DNA of 64,000 bases, taken from the IMG/VR virus record IMGVR_UViG_3300012347_000391, positions 1-64,000 of that record; one strand, 5' to 3'. This DNA is from a virus. Both the position numbers and the translations under genes were made by a program. The stretch's first letter is position 1, and every line of letters begins with the position of its first letter. Below, piece by piece: positions 55,915 to 64,000 of the stretch. The notes under the pieces are model-generated. The model had not been told where the DNA came from. It did not search any database and was given only the letters and a program-made list of their open reading frames with translations.

Positions 55915-56733
55915 TTAGTTATTAAGCTTATCAATAATAGTCATTTTAAAATCTTGATTAGCATCTTCCATAAGATACTTAACAACTGCTGATTCATCTT
56001 CTCCTAATGGACTATCCATGTAAAAGATTTTATGTCCATCTTTTCTAAGGATACCCCTATCTAAACTAGCAATTACAATAGCTCTAGTTTTAAGCTCTTT
56101 CTTATCCATAGTTAATACTTCTAAGAGTTCTTTAGCACTATTGGTTACAATCTCATCAAGAATAGGAACTAAGAAAGCTGCACTATTACCCATTACATTT
56201 TTACCTCTAAGTACTAAGATAAGTTCTTTCTTTCTTTGGTCATCTATTTTAGATAACTCTACAATAGCTTGATTCTTAAGCTCAATTTTAGAAGCTTTCA
56301 TCTCTACTTGTTCACTTTCATCCCAAATAACGTGAGTAGCTTCTGGCCATAAACCATCTTCATACTCTGAAGGAGAGTTGGCAACATACTTACTTGCTTT
56401 CATTACTTTGTAATGAATATACTTTAAAGGTTGACTAATATCAAAGAACATAGTATTGTTTTCTAATTTAATCACTCCCATTGGTCCATCCCAAAAAGGA
56501 TGTGGAACTCTCATATCAAAATGGTCTGATAAATTGTAATTAACAGCTCTCTCTCCTGATGTTAATTCTTGAATCTCTTCTGAAGTAAGTCCTGTTGAGT
56601 ACTTCATTGTATTACTATCAACTAGAGCTTGTATTTTTTTAGGTCTAGTGAAAGATTCATCTTTAGTTTTTTCATGCCATTTTTTAACTTCAATTGGCCT
56701 GATTTCTATTAACTTTTGTGCATTTGGAATCAT
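55915..56733 (-). CDS. Hypothetical head-module protein
   Basis: First ORF after the capsid-gene terminator. No motif recognised. Confidence 0.5.
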   Translation of the reverse strand: MIPNAQKLIEIRPIEVKKWHEKTKDESFTRPKKIQALVDSNTMKYSTGLTSEEIQELTSGERAVNYNLSDHFDMRVPHPFWDGPMGVIKLENNTMFFDISQPLKYIHYKVMKASKYVANSPSEYEDGLWPEATHVIWDESEQVEMKASKIELKNQAIVELSKIDDQRKKELILVLRGKNVMGNSAAFLVPILDEIVTNSAKELLEVLTMDKKELKTRAIVIASLDRGILRKDGHKIFYMDSPLGEDESAVVKYLMEDANQDFKMTIIDKLNN

Positions 56734-56759
56734 AATCTTTTCTTTTTTTTTAGATTATA

Positions 56760-56767
56760 CAAATATA
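56760..56767 (-). promoter_or_regulatory. Candidate Bacteroidota-type -7 promoter box (TATATTTG)
   Basis: On the minus strand TATATTTG matches TAnnTTTG about 26 nt upstream of the ATG at 56733, and TTG elements lie upstream of it. It follows the capsid-gene terminator. Confidence 0.3.
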
Positions 56768-56799
56768 ATATTATTTTCAATACAACCCACTTTTTGAGG

Positions 56800-56831
56800 T
56801 TATAAATATAAAGGTAAGCAGTATAAAAACT
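56800..56831 (-). terminator. Hairpin terminator or attenuator downstream of the putative major capsid gene
   Basis: Perfect 12-bp stem AAAGGTAAGCAG / CTGCTTACCTTT with an 8-nt loop, followed on the minus strand by an A/T-rich TTTATATTTATAA tract. Confidence 0.6.
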
Positions 56832-56850
56832 GCTTACCTTTTATAAAAAT

Positions 56851-58311
56851 TTAGTTTCTGCTTAAGATAAGCTCTCCACATTTAGTTACATCTTCGATAT
56901 GCATACCCTCTGATTTCTCAACATGCATTTCATAGTATGCTCCTGCGTGTGCAGAAGAACCTCCATTTTTAGGACCATAAGGACCATACAAACCTTCTAC
57001 GTAAGTAAAAGCAAAACCATCTTTCTTGTTCATGATTTTAACGTTTGCACCTTTACCTTGTCCAGTAAAGTCAAGGAAAGTAATCCTTTGAGATTCCATA
57101 GGGAATCCTGTCACCTCATCTATCTCAAAGTTGATTTCTCTATCATCATAAAGAGGATTGTGAATCAACTCTAAAGAAGAGCCATTTGCCATGTTGTACT
57201 TAACAAACTGATAACCTGCTTGTAAAGCGTTTGCATGGTAAGGAGATTGTACTTTATCAGTATAAACTTCCACATTTTTGATAAAACCTGATTTGTTTTG
57301 CCAATCTTGTACAGCTCTATGGAATTGTAACATTCCATACTCTCCTGTAAAACCTTTAATTTGTCTTCCACCTGAACCCGGTTTCACTCTACTGTAGAAA
57401 ATATCTTGTAGATACTCTTCAATAAGAGTTGTGTTCAAATGAGAATAACGATGGATATGTGAATCCTCAAGTAATTCTTGGATTCCCGGACCCATTCTTA
57501 CTGGTCTACCATTAGCTCCCATAACTGTATCAGCACTTCTTGAGTACCATCTACCTCTTTCAAGCTCACGATTCCATTGTTGCCAAAATTCAACCTCAGC
57601 ATAACGAATCCATGATTTATGGTATCCACCTTTACTATCTGGGATAGCTACTGCTAATACCTCTGTTGAAGCATAATCAGTAATTTTGTATTGTTTACCA
57701 TATTTACTCATTCTACTTCTGAAACCAATAGGTGCAGAGAATTGAGTAGAACCACGTTGTTCATTTGCTTCCTCGTATTGAGAGAACAATTTACCCCATT
57801 GTTGTCCCGGTCTAAGGTATTTCAATGGTAAGAATGCAAGTGGGTCATCACTTCTCATACGAACTGTGTACACAGTACCATCAGCTTGTTTTGGAGAAGA
57901 TGCTTGAATACGCACAGCATATCTCTTATCAGATGTTCCCGGACTAATTGTATCTCCCGGTAAATACCAGTTCTCATCAAGTTTCATCTTGAAAGTTCTT
58001 CTATTTTTACCCGGTTGAGTATTAGCTGAAGGTTCAACATTAGATACTATAACCAAAGGTCTAGTATTTGCTCCTTTCATCTCCCATTCCCATTCTGTCT
58101 GTCCAATCTCTACCTCTGTGGCTTTATTACCTAGAAGCATAGAACCTAGTGGATTATCAGAATAGTAATTTTCGGCAGAGAAGAGTTTATTCATTGTTCC
58201 CACTAATTTTGCAGGTTTGGAAAGTAAAGCTCGTCCAAGATGAGATTGCTCTGTCATGTTGCTTAACCATTCCATTTCCTTAATAATTAGCTTACTTCCT
58301 AGTGTAGCCAT
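56851..58311 (-). CDS. Putative major capsid protein (486 aa)
   Basis: Follows the canonical order TerL, portal, acidic scaffold-like gene, then this gene. The size fits crAss-like MCPs and a strong hairpin follows. No motif-level proof. Confidence 0.55.
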   Translation of the reverse strand: MATLGSKLIIKEMEWLSNMTEQSHLGRALLSKPAKLVGTMNKLFSAENYYSDNPLGSMLLGNKATEVEIGQTEWEWEMKGANTRPLVIVSNVEPSANTQPGKNRRTFKMKLDENWYLPGDTISPGTSDKRYAVRIQASSPKQADGTVYTVRMRSDDPLAFLPLKYLRPGQQWGKLFSQYEEANEQRGSTQFSAPIGFRSRMSKYGKQYKITDYASTEVLAVAIPDSKGGYHKSWIRYAEVEFWQQWNRELERGRWYSRSADTVMGANGRPVRMGPGIQELLEDSHIHRYSHLNTTLIEEYLQDIFYSRVKPGSGGRQIKGFTGEYGMLQFHRAVQDWQNKSGFIKNVEVYTDKVQSPYHANALQAGYQFVKYNMANGSSLELIHNPLYDDREINFEIDEVTGFPMESQRITFLDFTGQGKGANVKIMNKKDGFAFTYVEGLYGPYGPKNGGSSAHAGAYYEMHVEKSEGMHIEDVTKCGELILSRN

Positions 58312-58340
58312 GTTTTAAGTTTATTATGTTATTATTTTGA

Positions 58341-59531
58341 TTAAAAGTGGTCAGCTAATGACCTTTTCTTGCGTGAACTTCCAGAAGAACCCTGTTGAGG
58401 TATATCTTCGGTATTTTGTATATTCTTTCTAACTTCATTAGAAAAAGTTGTAATTTCTTTATTAGCAATAAAAGAGAAATCTAATTTACCATCTTTACCT
58501 TTAAGCATCTTAGCAAGTAAAAATAAATTGTTTTTATCTGCCATTGCAGCAAAAAGGTCTTTCTGTAATTCACTTACTGTACTTCCATTTTCAAGTAAAA
58601 CTGTTGGGTCTGCTATATATGATGCAAAAGTATCTACATCTTTCTTATTAACAGCAACACCTGCAATTGTTTTATTTTCTCCTAAATGGTTAACAAGATT
58701 AGCTTTGTACAATCTTTGATTCTCTTTATTCTTTGCTGCTTGTTCTATAGAAGCTTTTTGTGCAGATGTTTCTGCTGCTTCTTGTTTAGCAACAATTCTT
58801 TCAGAAGACTTCTTAGAAATAGCTTCTAACTTGTTTGTTGTTTTTAAAGCTTCAATATGAGTCTCTATATACTCTTCATCAAAACCTTGTTCTTTTAGGT
58901 CTATAGTTAAGGCCAATACTTGATTAGCTTCTTGAGTCATATCAGTAGTTTTATCTATCCCTACTGACAAGTTAGTTGCAAGATTCTTAATCATACCTCT
59001 AACATCTCCTCCATTCTTAGCTACAGTTAAGATAGCTTTTGCTATTGGGTCTAATCCTTCAACTGTTTCTGCAATTGCATTATCTAGTGAACTCTCCCAT
59101 GAATCTTCTAGCAAATCTTCAGCTTCTAGTTCTGTTAACTCTGTTTTACCTTCAGGTAACTCATACTCAATAAAACCTTTATTTTTCAAAAAATCTAAAG
59201 TACTCTTAGAAGTAATAACTGCAGAAGTTGCTTTTTCTTTTTTAGCTGTTGTATTTTCTACTTTATCAACTTCTTCTGTGGTTTCTTCTTCTTCCTCTTC
59301 TTCCTCTTCTTCACCTTTTCCCCAGTCAAAGATTTCTTCAATATTTACTACTGCTTCTTCTTTCTTTTTTTCCTTGTCTGTAGGAGTAATAGGGTTGTCA
59401 TTTTTTACAACCTCTAATAGATTCTCAGTCTCTACATTAGTACCTTCTGAATTTTCTCCAAAGAAATCTAAGGTATCTGCTGTGAACCCTGTAAAATCAT
59501 TTAATGTGTTTTCTTGTGCTTCTGTTCCCAT
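58341..59531 (-). CDS. Acidic scaffold-like protein
   Basis: Lies between the portal and capsid genes. Highly charged and helical-looking, with a poly-Glu run GEEEEEEEEEETTEE. Confidence 0.4.
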   Translation of the reverse strand: MGTEAQENTLNDFTGFTADTLDFFGENSEGTNVETENLLEVVKNDNPITPTDKEKKKEEAVVNIEEIFDWGKGEEEEEEEEEETTEEVDKVENTTAKKEKATSAVITSKSTLDFLKNKGFIEYELPEGKTELTELEAEDLLEDSWESSLDNAIAETVEGLDPIAKAILTVAKNGGDVRGMIKNLATNLSVGIDKTTDMTQEANQVLALTIDLKEQGFDEEYIETHIEALKTTNKLEAISKKSSERIVAKQEAAETSAQKASIEQAAKNKENQRLYKANLVNHLGENKTIAGVAVNKKDVDTFASYIADPTVLLENGSTVSELQKDLFAAMADKNNLFLLAKMLKGKDGKLDFSFIANKEITTFSNEVRKNIQNTEDIPQQGSSGSSRKKRSLADHF

Positions 59532-59538
59532 AACGTTA

Positions 59539-59570
59539 CAAATTTAAGTTTAATTATTAATACAAAGCAA
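59539..59570 (-). promoter_or_regulatory. Candidate Bacteroidota-type promoter (TTG ... TAAATTTG)
   Basis: On the minus strand TAAATTTG (59539-59546) lies 7 nt upstream of the ATG, with CTTGCTTTG 16-21 nt further upstream. Confidence 0.3.
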
Positions 59571-59611
59571 GTTTTATTCTTAACTCTGTGTATTTTAAGT
59601 GTAATAGCGTT

Positions 59612-62026
59612 TTATGCACTAATTACTTTTTTCTGTGCCACTTCTTTAGCTTTTATCTTCAGATTTTCTTTATCAGTTTCAATTTTAGCATCCGCAAGTC
59701 TATCTTCTCTATCTTCTTTTCTTAAAGCTACTTGGGCATTTATACCTTGTTTAGCTACTTCTAAGACATCAAGTTGACCATCCTTATCAAAATCCTTATC
59801 TTCATTAAATCCTATAGATAACATAGCCTGTTTTTGAATATCTTGTTTTCCTTTTGCTTCAATTTCATTTATCTTATAAGTATGTTCAGTAGACATTTTA
59901 TCTTTTTCCCATTGTCTTTCTTTGTCTGCTTCTTCTGCTTTAAATTTTCTTTCAGCTTCTGCATTAGCTTGTTCTCTTTCGATTCTAGTTTCCTCTGCTA
60001 CTTCTAATGTTTCACTAGCTTCTTGAATACTATCTTCTCTTAATACTTTAAGAACATCACTCATCTCTACTTTTTGATTTTGTAAAGCAGCTTGTGCAAG
60101 ACCTTGAACTTCTGCTTTTAGTTTCTCTGCAGATACTCCATCTTCTATAAATAAACCTAATTGAGAACTAGCTAGTAATTCTTTATCTAAGTATATTAAC
60201 TCTCTAGACATATCATCTAGCACATTATTTAAAACTTCTACATCAGAATTAAGGTATCCTATTCTTGCTACATCTAAGAGTGCTTGAAGAGCATTCTTTT
60301 TTACCTCATTATGTAGATAATAATAAGGTTCTAATATATAAGATGTTTGAACTAAGTTCTGTTGATTGTTAGTTACTCTTTCAGATACAGCAGTTTCTCC
60401 CAATACAGGGTCTGTAATACCAACAGATTTACCTCCTTGTTGTTCAATAGATTGAGCTAAGGAAAGATATTTACTAATATCTGATGCTAAAGATAAATCA
60501 AGAATTTTAGCTACTTGATTAACATCTCCATTTTGCATACCCTCTTCTTCCGGGTTATACCACATATAAGGGGTACTCTTAGAATAGTATTGCCAAGTTT
60601 TCATATCCATACCCATAGAATCGGGTACACCTAATATATTCATTAAGACTTTTTTACCTTCATCTGATGCAGTAAGTAATTCTATTCTATACCATATAAT
60701 ATTGTATAGATATTGATAACCTTTTAATCTGTCCATAATAGAAGTAGGCTCAGAATTAGTATTATCATATACAGCTCCATAGTAAGATTTTTTTGGAGTG
60801 TCTTTAAGATTATCTTTTGTTTTAATTTGTCCTTGTACAGGCCCCATATTTTTATAAATACTAGGACCTATTTTCCAAACCTCATAAGCTTCAGGAATCC
60901 ATTCCCATTGTATATGGACATCTCCTGCTTCTTTATTTAATTTATATTCTTCATCAACTAACATTTTAGTTTGTAATACCTCATCTTCATCTAAGTAATC
61001 TAACCAACCCACTCTTCTGAGACCATTAAATTGAATATGTTTTACTGTAACAGTATCCCACTCTTCTTCTTTAACAGAAGTACTAGAAAACATATTATCT
61101 GCAATATGTTGAGTATAATTTTGACTAATCATAGAATATACTTCATCTATTTCAGAAGTAGTTAAAGTAAAGTGTCTAACTACTTCTGATTTAGTCATAG
61201 GATAATCTACACAACACCATTCAGCATCTTCTAAAAACTCAAGATTAGGATTTTTACCATATCTATATCTCATAGGGTTTATAACCTTAAGTGTAGGCTT
61301 ATTATTAATCAATCCTACAAAATATACTTCATAAGCACTTAAAGCAGCATGTTTAAAACCATTATTAAATTTTCTTTTAGTACTTTGCTCTCTTGTTAAG
61401 TAATTTAAAATTTGTTGTCCTTGTACTTCAGCAGGGTCTTGATGCTTTCTCTTCATGTATTTTTTTACATCAACAGGAGTCATTGCTTGAGTCTCTTGTT
61501 CTATTTGAGCCTCTATTTGCTGTCTTTCTTGTGGAGTTAATTTACCTTTTAACTCTTCTTGATACTTTAACTCAATTTGCTGTTGTATAGGTCTCATTAT
61601 TTGAGATACAACATACTCTTTTATTTTCTCAGTCTCTGCTGTTTCTTTTCTTGTAGTTGCCTCTGAGTTAACAGCAAGTATAATAGGTTTAAAAGGTATA
61701 TTTAATTCTTTACCTACAACAGATTTAATTCTATTAGAACTAATATCCTTATTAGACATAGTAGCTGGAAGTTCTCCTTGCTCTGCCCCAAAAGGTTTAC
61801 ATACATATTCTAATTCACTAAGGTCTAAAATATTATTGAATAAATCATAAGAAACTTGCATTCTTTTTTCTTCTGAAATATCTCCATACCCAATGGCCTC
61901 ACTACTTGAAGTGTTGTCATAGGAATCAGCTTTTTCTCTGTACCACTTGAAATTGTTAGCTTCTTTCTGTTTCCTAGTCAATCTTTCATTATCGAAAGCT
62001 GAATATTTATCTGTTTGAGTGTTCAT
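59612..62026 (-). CDS. Putative portal protein (804 aa)
   Basis: Lies immediately downstream of TerL. The size and the charged, coiled C-terminal tail fit portals of large podovirus-like phages. Assigned by position only. Confidence 0.5.
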   Translation of the reverse strand: MNTQTDKYSAFDNERLTRKQKEANNFKWYREKADSYDNTSSSEAIGYGDISEEKRMQVSYDLFNNILDLSELEYVCKPFGAEQGELPATMSNKDISSNRIKSVVGKELNIPFKPIILAVNSEATTRKETAETEKIKEYVVSQIMRPIQQQIELKYQEELKGKLTPQERQQIEAQIEQETQAMTPVDVKKYMKRKHQDPAEVQGQQILNYLTREQSTKRKFNNGFKHAALSAYEVYFVGLINNKPTLKVINPMRYRYGKNPNLEFLEDAEWCCVDYPMTKSEVVRHFTLTTSEIDEVYSMISQNYTQHIADNMFSSTSVKEEEWDTVTVKHIQFNGLRRVGWLDYLDEDEVLQTKMLVDEEYKLNKEAGDVHIQWEWIPEAYEVWKIGPSIYKNMGPVQGQIKTKDNLKDTPKKSYYGAVYDNTNSEPTSIMDRLKGYQYLYNIIWYRIELLTASDEGKKVLMNILGVPDSMGMDMKTWQYYSKSTPYMWYNPEEEGMQNGDVNQVAKILDLSLASDISKYLSLAQSIEQQGGKSVGITDPVLGETAVSERVTNNQQNLVQTSYILEPYYYLHNEVKKNALQALLDVARIGYLNSDVEVLNNVLDDMSRELIYLDKELLASSQLGLFIEDGVSAEKLKAEVQGLAQAALQNQKVEMSDVLKVLREDSIQEASETLEVAEETRIEREQANAEAERKFKAEEADKERQWEKDKMSTEHTYKINEIEAKGKQDIQKQAMLSIGFNEDKDFDKDGQLDVLEVAKQGINAQVALRKEDREDRLADAKIETDKENLKIKAKEVAQKKVISA

Positions 62027-62068
62027 TTTAATAAGTATTTAGAATGTGGTATTGCAAAAATAATAAAA

Positions 62069-64000
62069 TTATCCGAATCTTTGAGATAAATTTCTAGTAC
62101 TCATAGACTTTTTATACATATCAGCTTTCATAGCTTTTAATTGTTCTACTTTTGAAACTTTACCTTCTTTTTCTTCTCCGTGTACTTTACCTAATATTTC
62201 TTCTTGTTGTTGAAACATAACTTGCATTAAGGCCATAACCCTATCAAAGTTACCTTTTCTATTATAAGCAATTAACTCTTCTAATAGTCCGGGAGAATAT
62301 ATTCTATCAATAGTTCTTACTTGACTACCATTTTCATCAGTATCATGTACTTCTTCTAACCAACTCTTAATATACTTTTCTCCTGCATCTTTAAGCTGGT
62401 CTACCATGTGACAACCCCAAATTCTAGCAACTTTACTAGCCTTAACATTCTTACTAATTACTTGGTCAGGTTGATGTGCTAACCATTTAAATAGTTTTCT
62501 TCTTCTAAAGTAATCCTTAACATGAGTTACCTCATTTTCATGCATCACTTCAGTATTATATAACTTAGCAAATAAATAAGCTATATAGTTTACATCATCT
62601 GCTTCTCCGGGTCTGCCTACATACTCAGCTACAATAATATTCTTAGTGTACTGCCCAAATACAACACTCTTATATACGTATATAGCAGATAAGGAACTAC
62701 CTCTATCTTGTCTATAAGGGTCATAACCTATTTTATAAGGTCCTTTAAATATTGGACTATCTATAGGATATTCATATATAATAGGACAACCTTTTAAAGA
62801 AGTTGTCTCAGGTTTCATTCTATATATAGGAGAAGCTGTACCATCTAATATGGGGTCAGCACAAACTTTATCTATAGAGTGGTCATAATATAGATTAACA
62901 GGAGTACCTTTTTTAAGGTGTAGATTATTATTAAGAACAATTTCTAGTTGTCTTTTAAGTTCTAATATAGGAAAGTTATTATTAGATACTGTACCAAATG
63001 CTTCAAAAGGTCCTAATGGTTTCTCTTGCCCCCTTGCTTGTATATCAGTAGAAGATGCACCATTTTTAATCCTTAATGCTCTAATGGCTAATTCTGCTTG
63101 TTTAGCTCCTTCTTTATCTGAGTTACCATTAGTATCATAGTAACCTTGCATGTTCCAGTTAACAGGATGAAAGAAACCACATTTTCTATCTTCACTATCC
63201 TCATCCCATACATTTTGAAAAGGAAGTAAACCAAAAGCTAAAGGTCTAGAGTGCATATCTGCATAATCTGCAGTACCACCTTCCATATCTCCAGATGTAC
63301 CAAAGATTGTAATCATACCGGTTTTAACCTCTCCTGACATAACACAATCCTCAGAAGCTTTATAGGAATCTTTTAATAATCCGGGACCACCAAAAGAACC
63401 TGATTCTTCAAATACTAAATCATGAGCATTTTTACCCCTTGCAGCATCAGGATTATCAGAAAATGTTAAAGATATAATTTCAGATTTAAAACCCTTTTCA
63501 ATTAATACTCCATCTTTTCTTTCCCAATAAGATGCTTTAATATGTCCTTTAGAAGCTTGGTCAACAACATCTCTAGGATGATTCCAAGGAGTATGTTCTG
63601 CTATAAAGTTAATGTAGTTAAAGGCCATTGTAAAAATACCTTTAGGATAAAGATATTTTTTATCTTCTGCACCAAAGATAGTTGCTAAATCAGGTCTAGT
63701 AAGATAGTTGTTTACTCCAACAGAGGCATTCTTAAAAGAGTAACCTCTTTGTCTAGACTTACCTACAATCATATTATAACCTCCAAATAGATAGTCAGGT
63801 TCTATTCTAATATCTAAATGTAAGCTTTCAAATAGAGCTTGTGCTTTAAGTAATTGTTCTGCATCTTCAAAGTGATATATCTTCTCTGCTTCTTCTGTAC
63901 TAATTAAACCTGAATCTATAACACCATTTCTAGCAATCTCTCTTGCCCAATAGTAATTATAATCTCCATCCCAAAAATCAGGAAAATCTACTTTCTTACT
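62069..64000 (-). CDS. terL: Terminase large subunit (5' end outside the window)
   Basis: The ORF stays open upstream of the listed Met to the window edge (my hand translation). KSRQRGYS resembles the T4 gp17 SRQLGKT P-loop, HDLVFEESGSF is Walker-B-like, and IFGTSGDMEGG is motif III-like. IGYDPYRQD resembles the first nuclease Asp motif. Confidence 0.7.
   Translation of the reverse strand, partial: SKKVDFPDFWDGDYNYYWAREIARNGVIDSGLISTEEAEKIYHFEDAEQLLKAQALFESLHLDIRIEPDYLFGGYNMIVGKSRQRGYSFKNASVGVNNYLTRPDLATIFGAEDKKYLYPKGIFTMAFNYINFIAEHTPWNHPRDVVDQASKGHIKASYWERKDGVLIEKGFKSEIISLTFSDNPDAARGKNAHDLVFEESGSFGGPGLLKDSYKASEDCVMSGEVKTGMITIFGTSGDMEGGTADYADMHSRPLAFGLLPFQNVWDEDSEDRKCGFFHPVNWNMQGYYDTNGNSDKEGAKQAELAIRALRIKNGASSTDIQARGQEKPLGPFEAFGTVSNNNFPILELKRQLEIVLNNNLHLKKGTPVNLYYDHSIDKVCADPILDGTASPIYRMKPETTSLKGCPIIYEYPIDSPIFKGPYKIGYDPYRQDRGSSLSAIYVYKSVVFGQYTKNIIVAEYVGRPGEADDVNYIAYLFAKLYNTEVMHENEVTHVKDYFRRRKLFKWLAHQPDQVISKNVKASKVARIWGCHMVDQLKDAGEKYIKSWLEEVHDTDENGSQVRTIDRIYSPGLLEELIAYNRKGNFDRVMALMQVMFQQQEEILGKVHGEEKEGKVSKVEQLKAMKADMYKKSMSTRNLSQRFG

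Noticed and set aside
54441-59547. Alternative-frame or antisense ORFs 54441, 54824, 56923, 57171(-), 58528 and 59278
   Set aside because: All are nested in longer, better-supported late genes. The translations are low complexity; for example, 59278 reads a poly-Ser antisense to the poly-Glu run.
59514-59777. 87-aa hydrophobic plus-strand ORF spanning the portal/scaffold intergenic region
   Set aside because: It is mostly antisense to the portal gene's 3' end. Its hydrophobic character is expected from reading a charged Lys/Glu-rich coding region backwards. There are no promoter or terminator signals for it.
1-64000. CRISPR arrays, rRNA genes, integrase or attachment sites, transposases, toxin-antitoxin pairs
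   Set aside because: There are no spaced direct repeats, no rRNA-like conserved segments, and no recombinase or transposase motifs in any listed ORF. The window is almost entirely occupied by phage ORFs.

Overview
The window is a contiguous, gene-dense stretch of an AT-rich tailed dsDNA phage genome (about 30% G+C by eye, not computed). Its organisation is crAss-like (Crassvirales-type), and the host is probably a Bacteroidota, flavobacterial-type bacterium. Host clues are the absence of Shine-Dalgarno motifs, TAnnTTTG-type -7 boxes, and signal peptides followed by Gln. Two convergent arms meet at a bidirectional terminator near 15.43 kb.

Plus-strand arm (2..15273), early/replication/nucleotide metabolism:
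- a JAMM/JAB isopeptidase-like gene overlapping a minimal E1/ThiF-like adenylase gene
- three PD-(D/E)XK-type nucleases
- a dNMP-kinase-like P-loop protein
- an SF1 UvrD-like helicase
- a ThyX-like protein
- a GroES-like protein
- a MazG-like pyrophosphatase
- a clear acyl carrier protein
- many small unknown ORFs

Minus-strand arm (64000 down to 15461), late/virion:
- TerL (5' end outside the window), a putative portal, an acidic scaffold-like protein and a putative major capsid protein
- several structural unknowns and tail-fibre genes, including a 1616-aa NHL-repeat fibre
- a holin-like cluster, a RecB-like nuclease and an IHF/HU-like protein
- a block of giant genes of 1836, 477, 677, 4253 and 1593 aa

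The 4253-aa protein carries a beta-prime-like double-psi beta-barrel motif (RTPTSSH...GLDYDVD) and a C-terminal HExxH zincin motif. That combination is typical of crAss-like virion RNA polymerase polyproteins.

I saw no rRNA, convincing tRNA, CRISPR array, integrase, reverse transcriptase or stop-codon recoding. The most interesting candidate for an undescribed system is the phage-borne JAB + E1-like pair with its two translationally coupled neighbours at 2..3667. All functional calls rest on motifs read by eye and on gene order; no database search was run.
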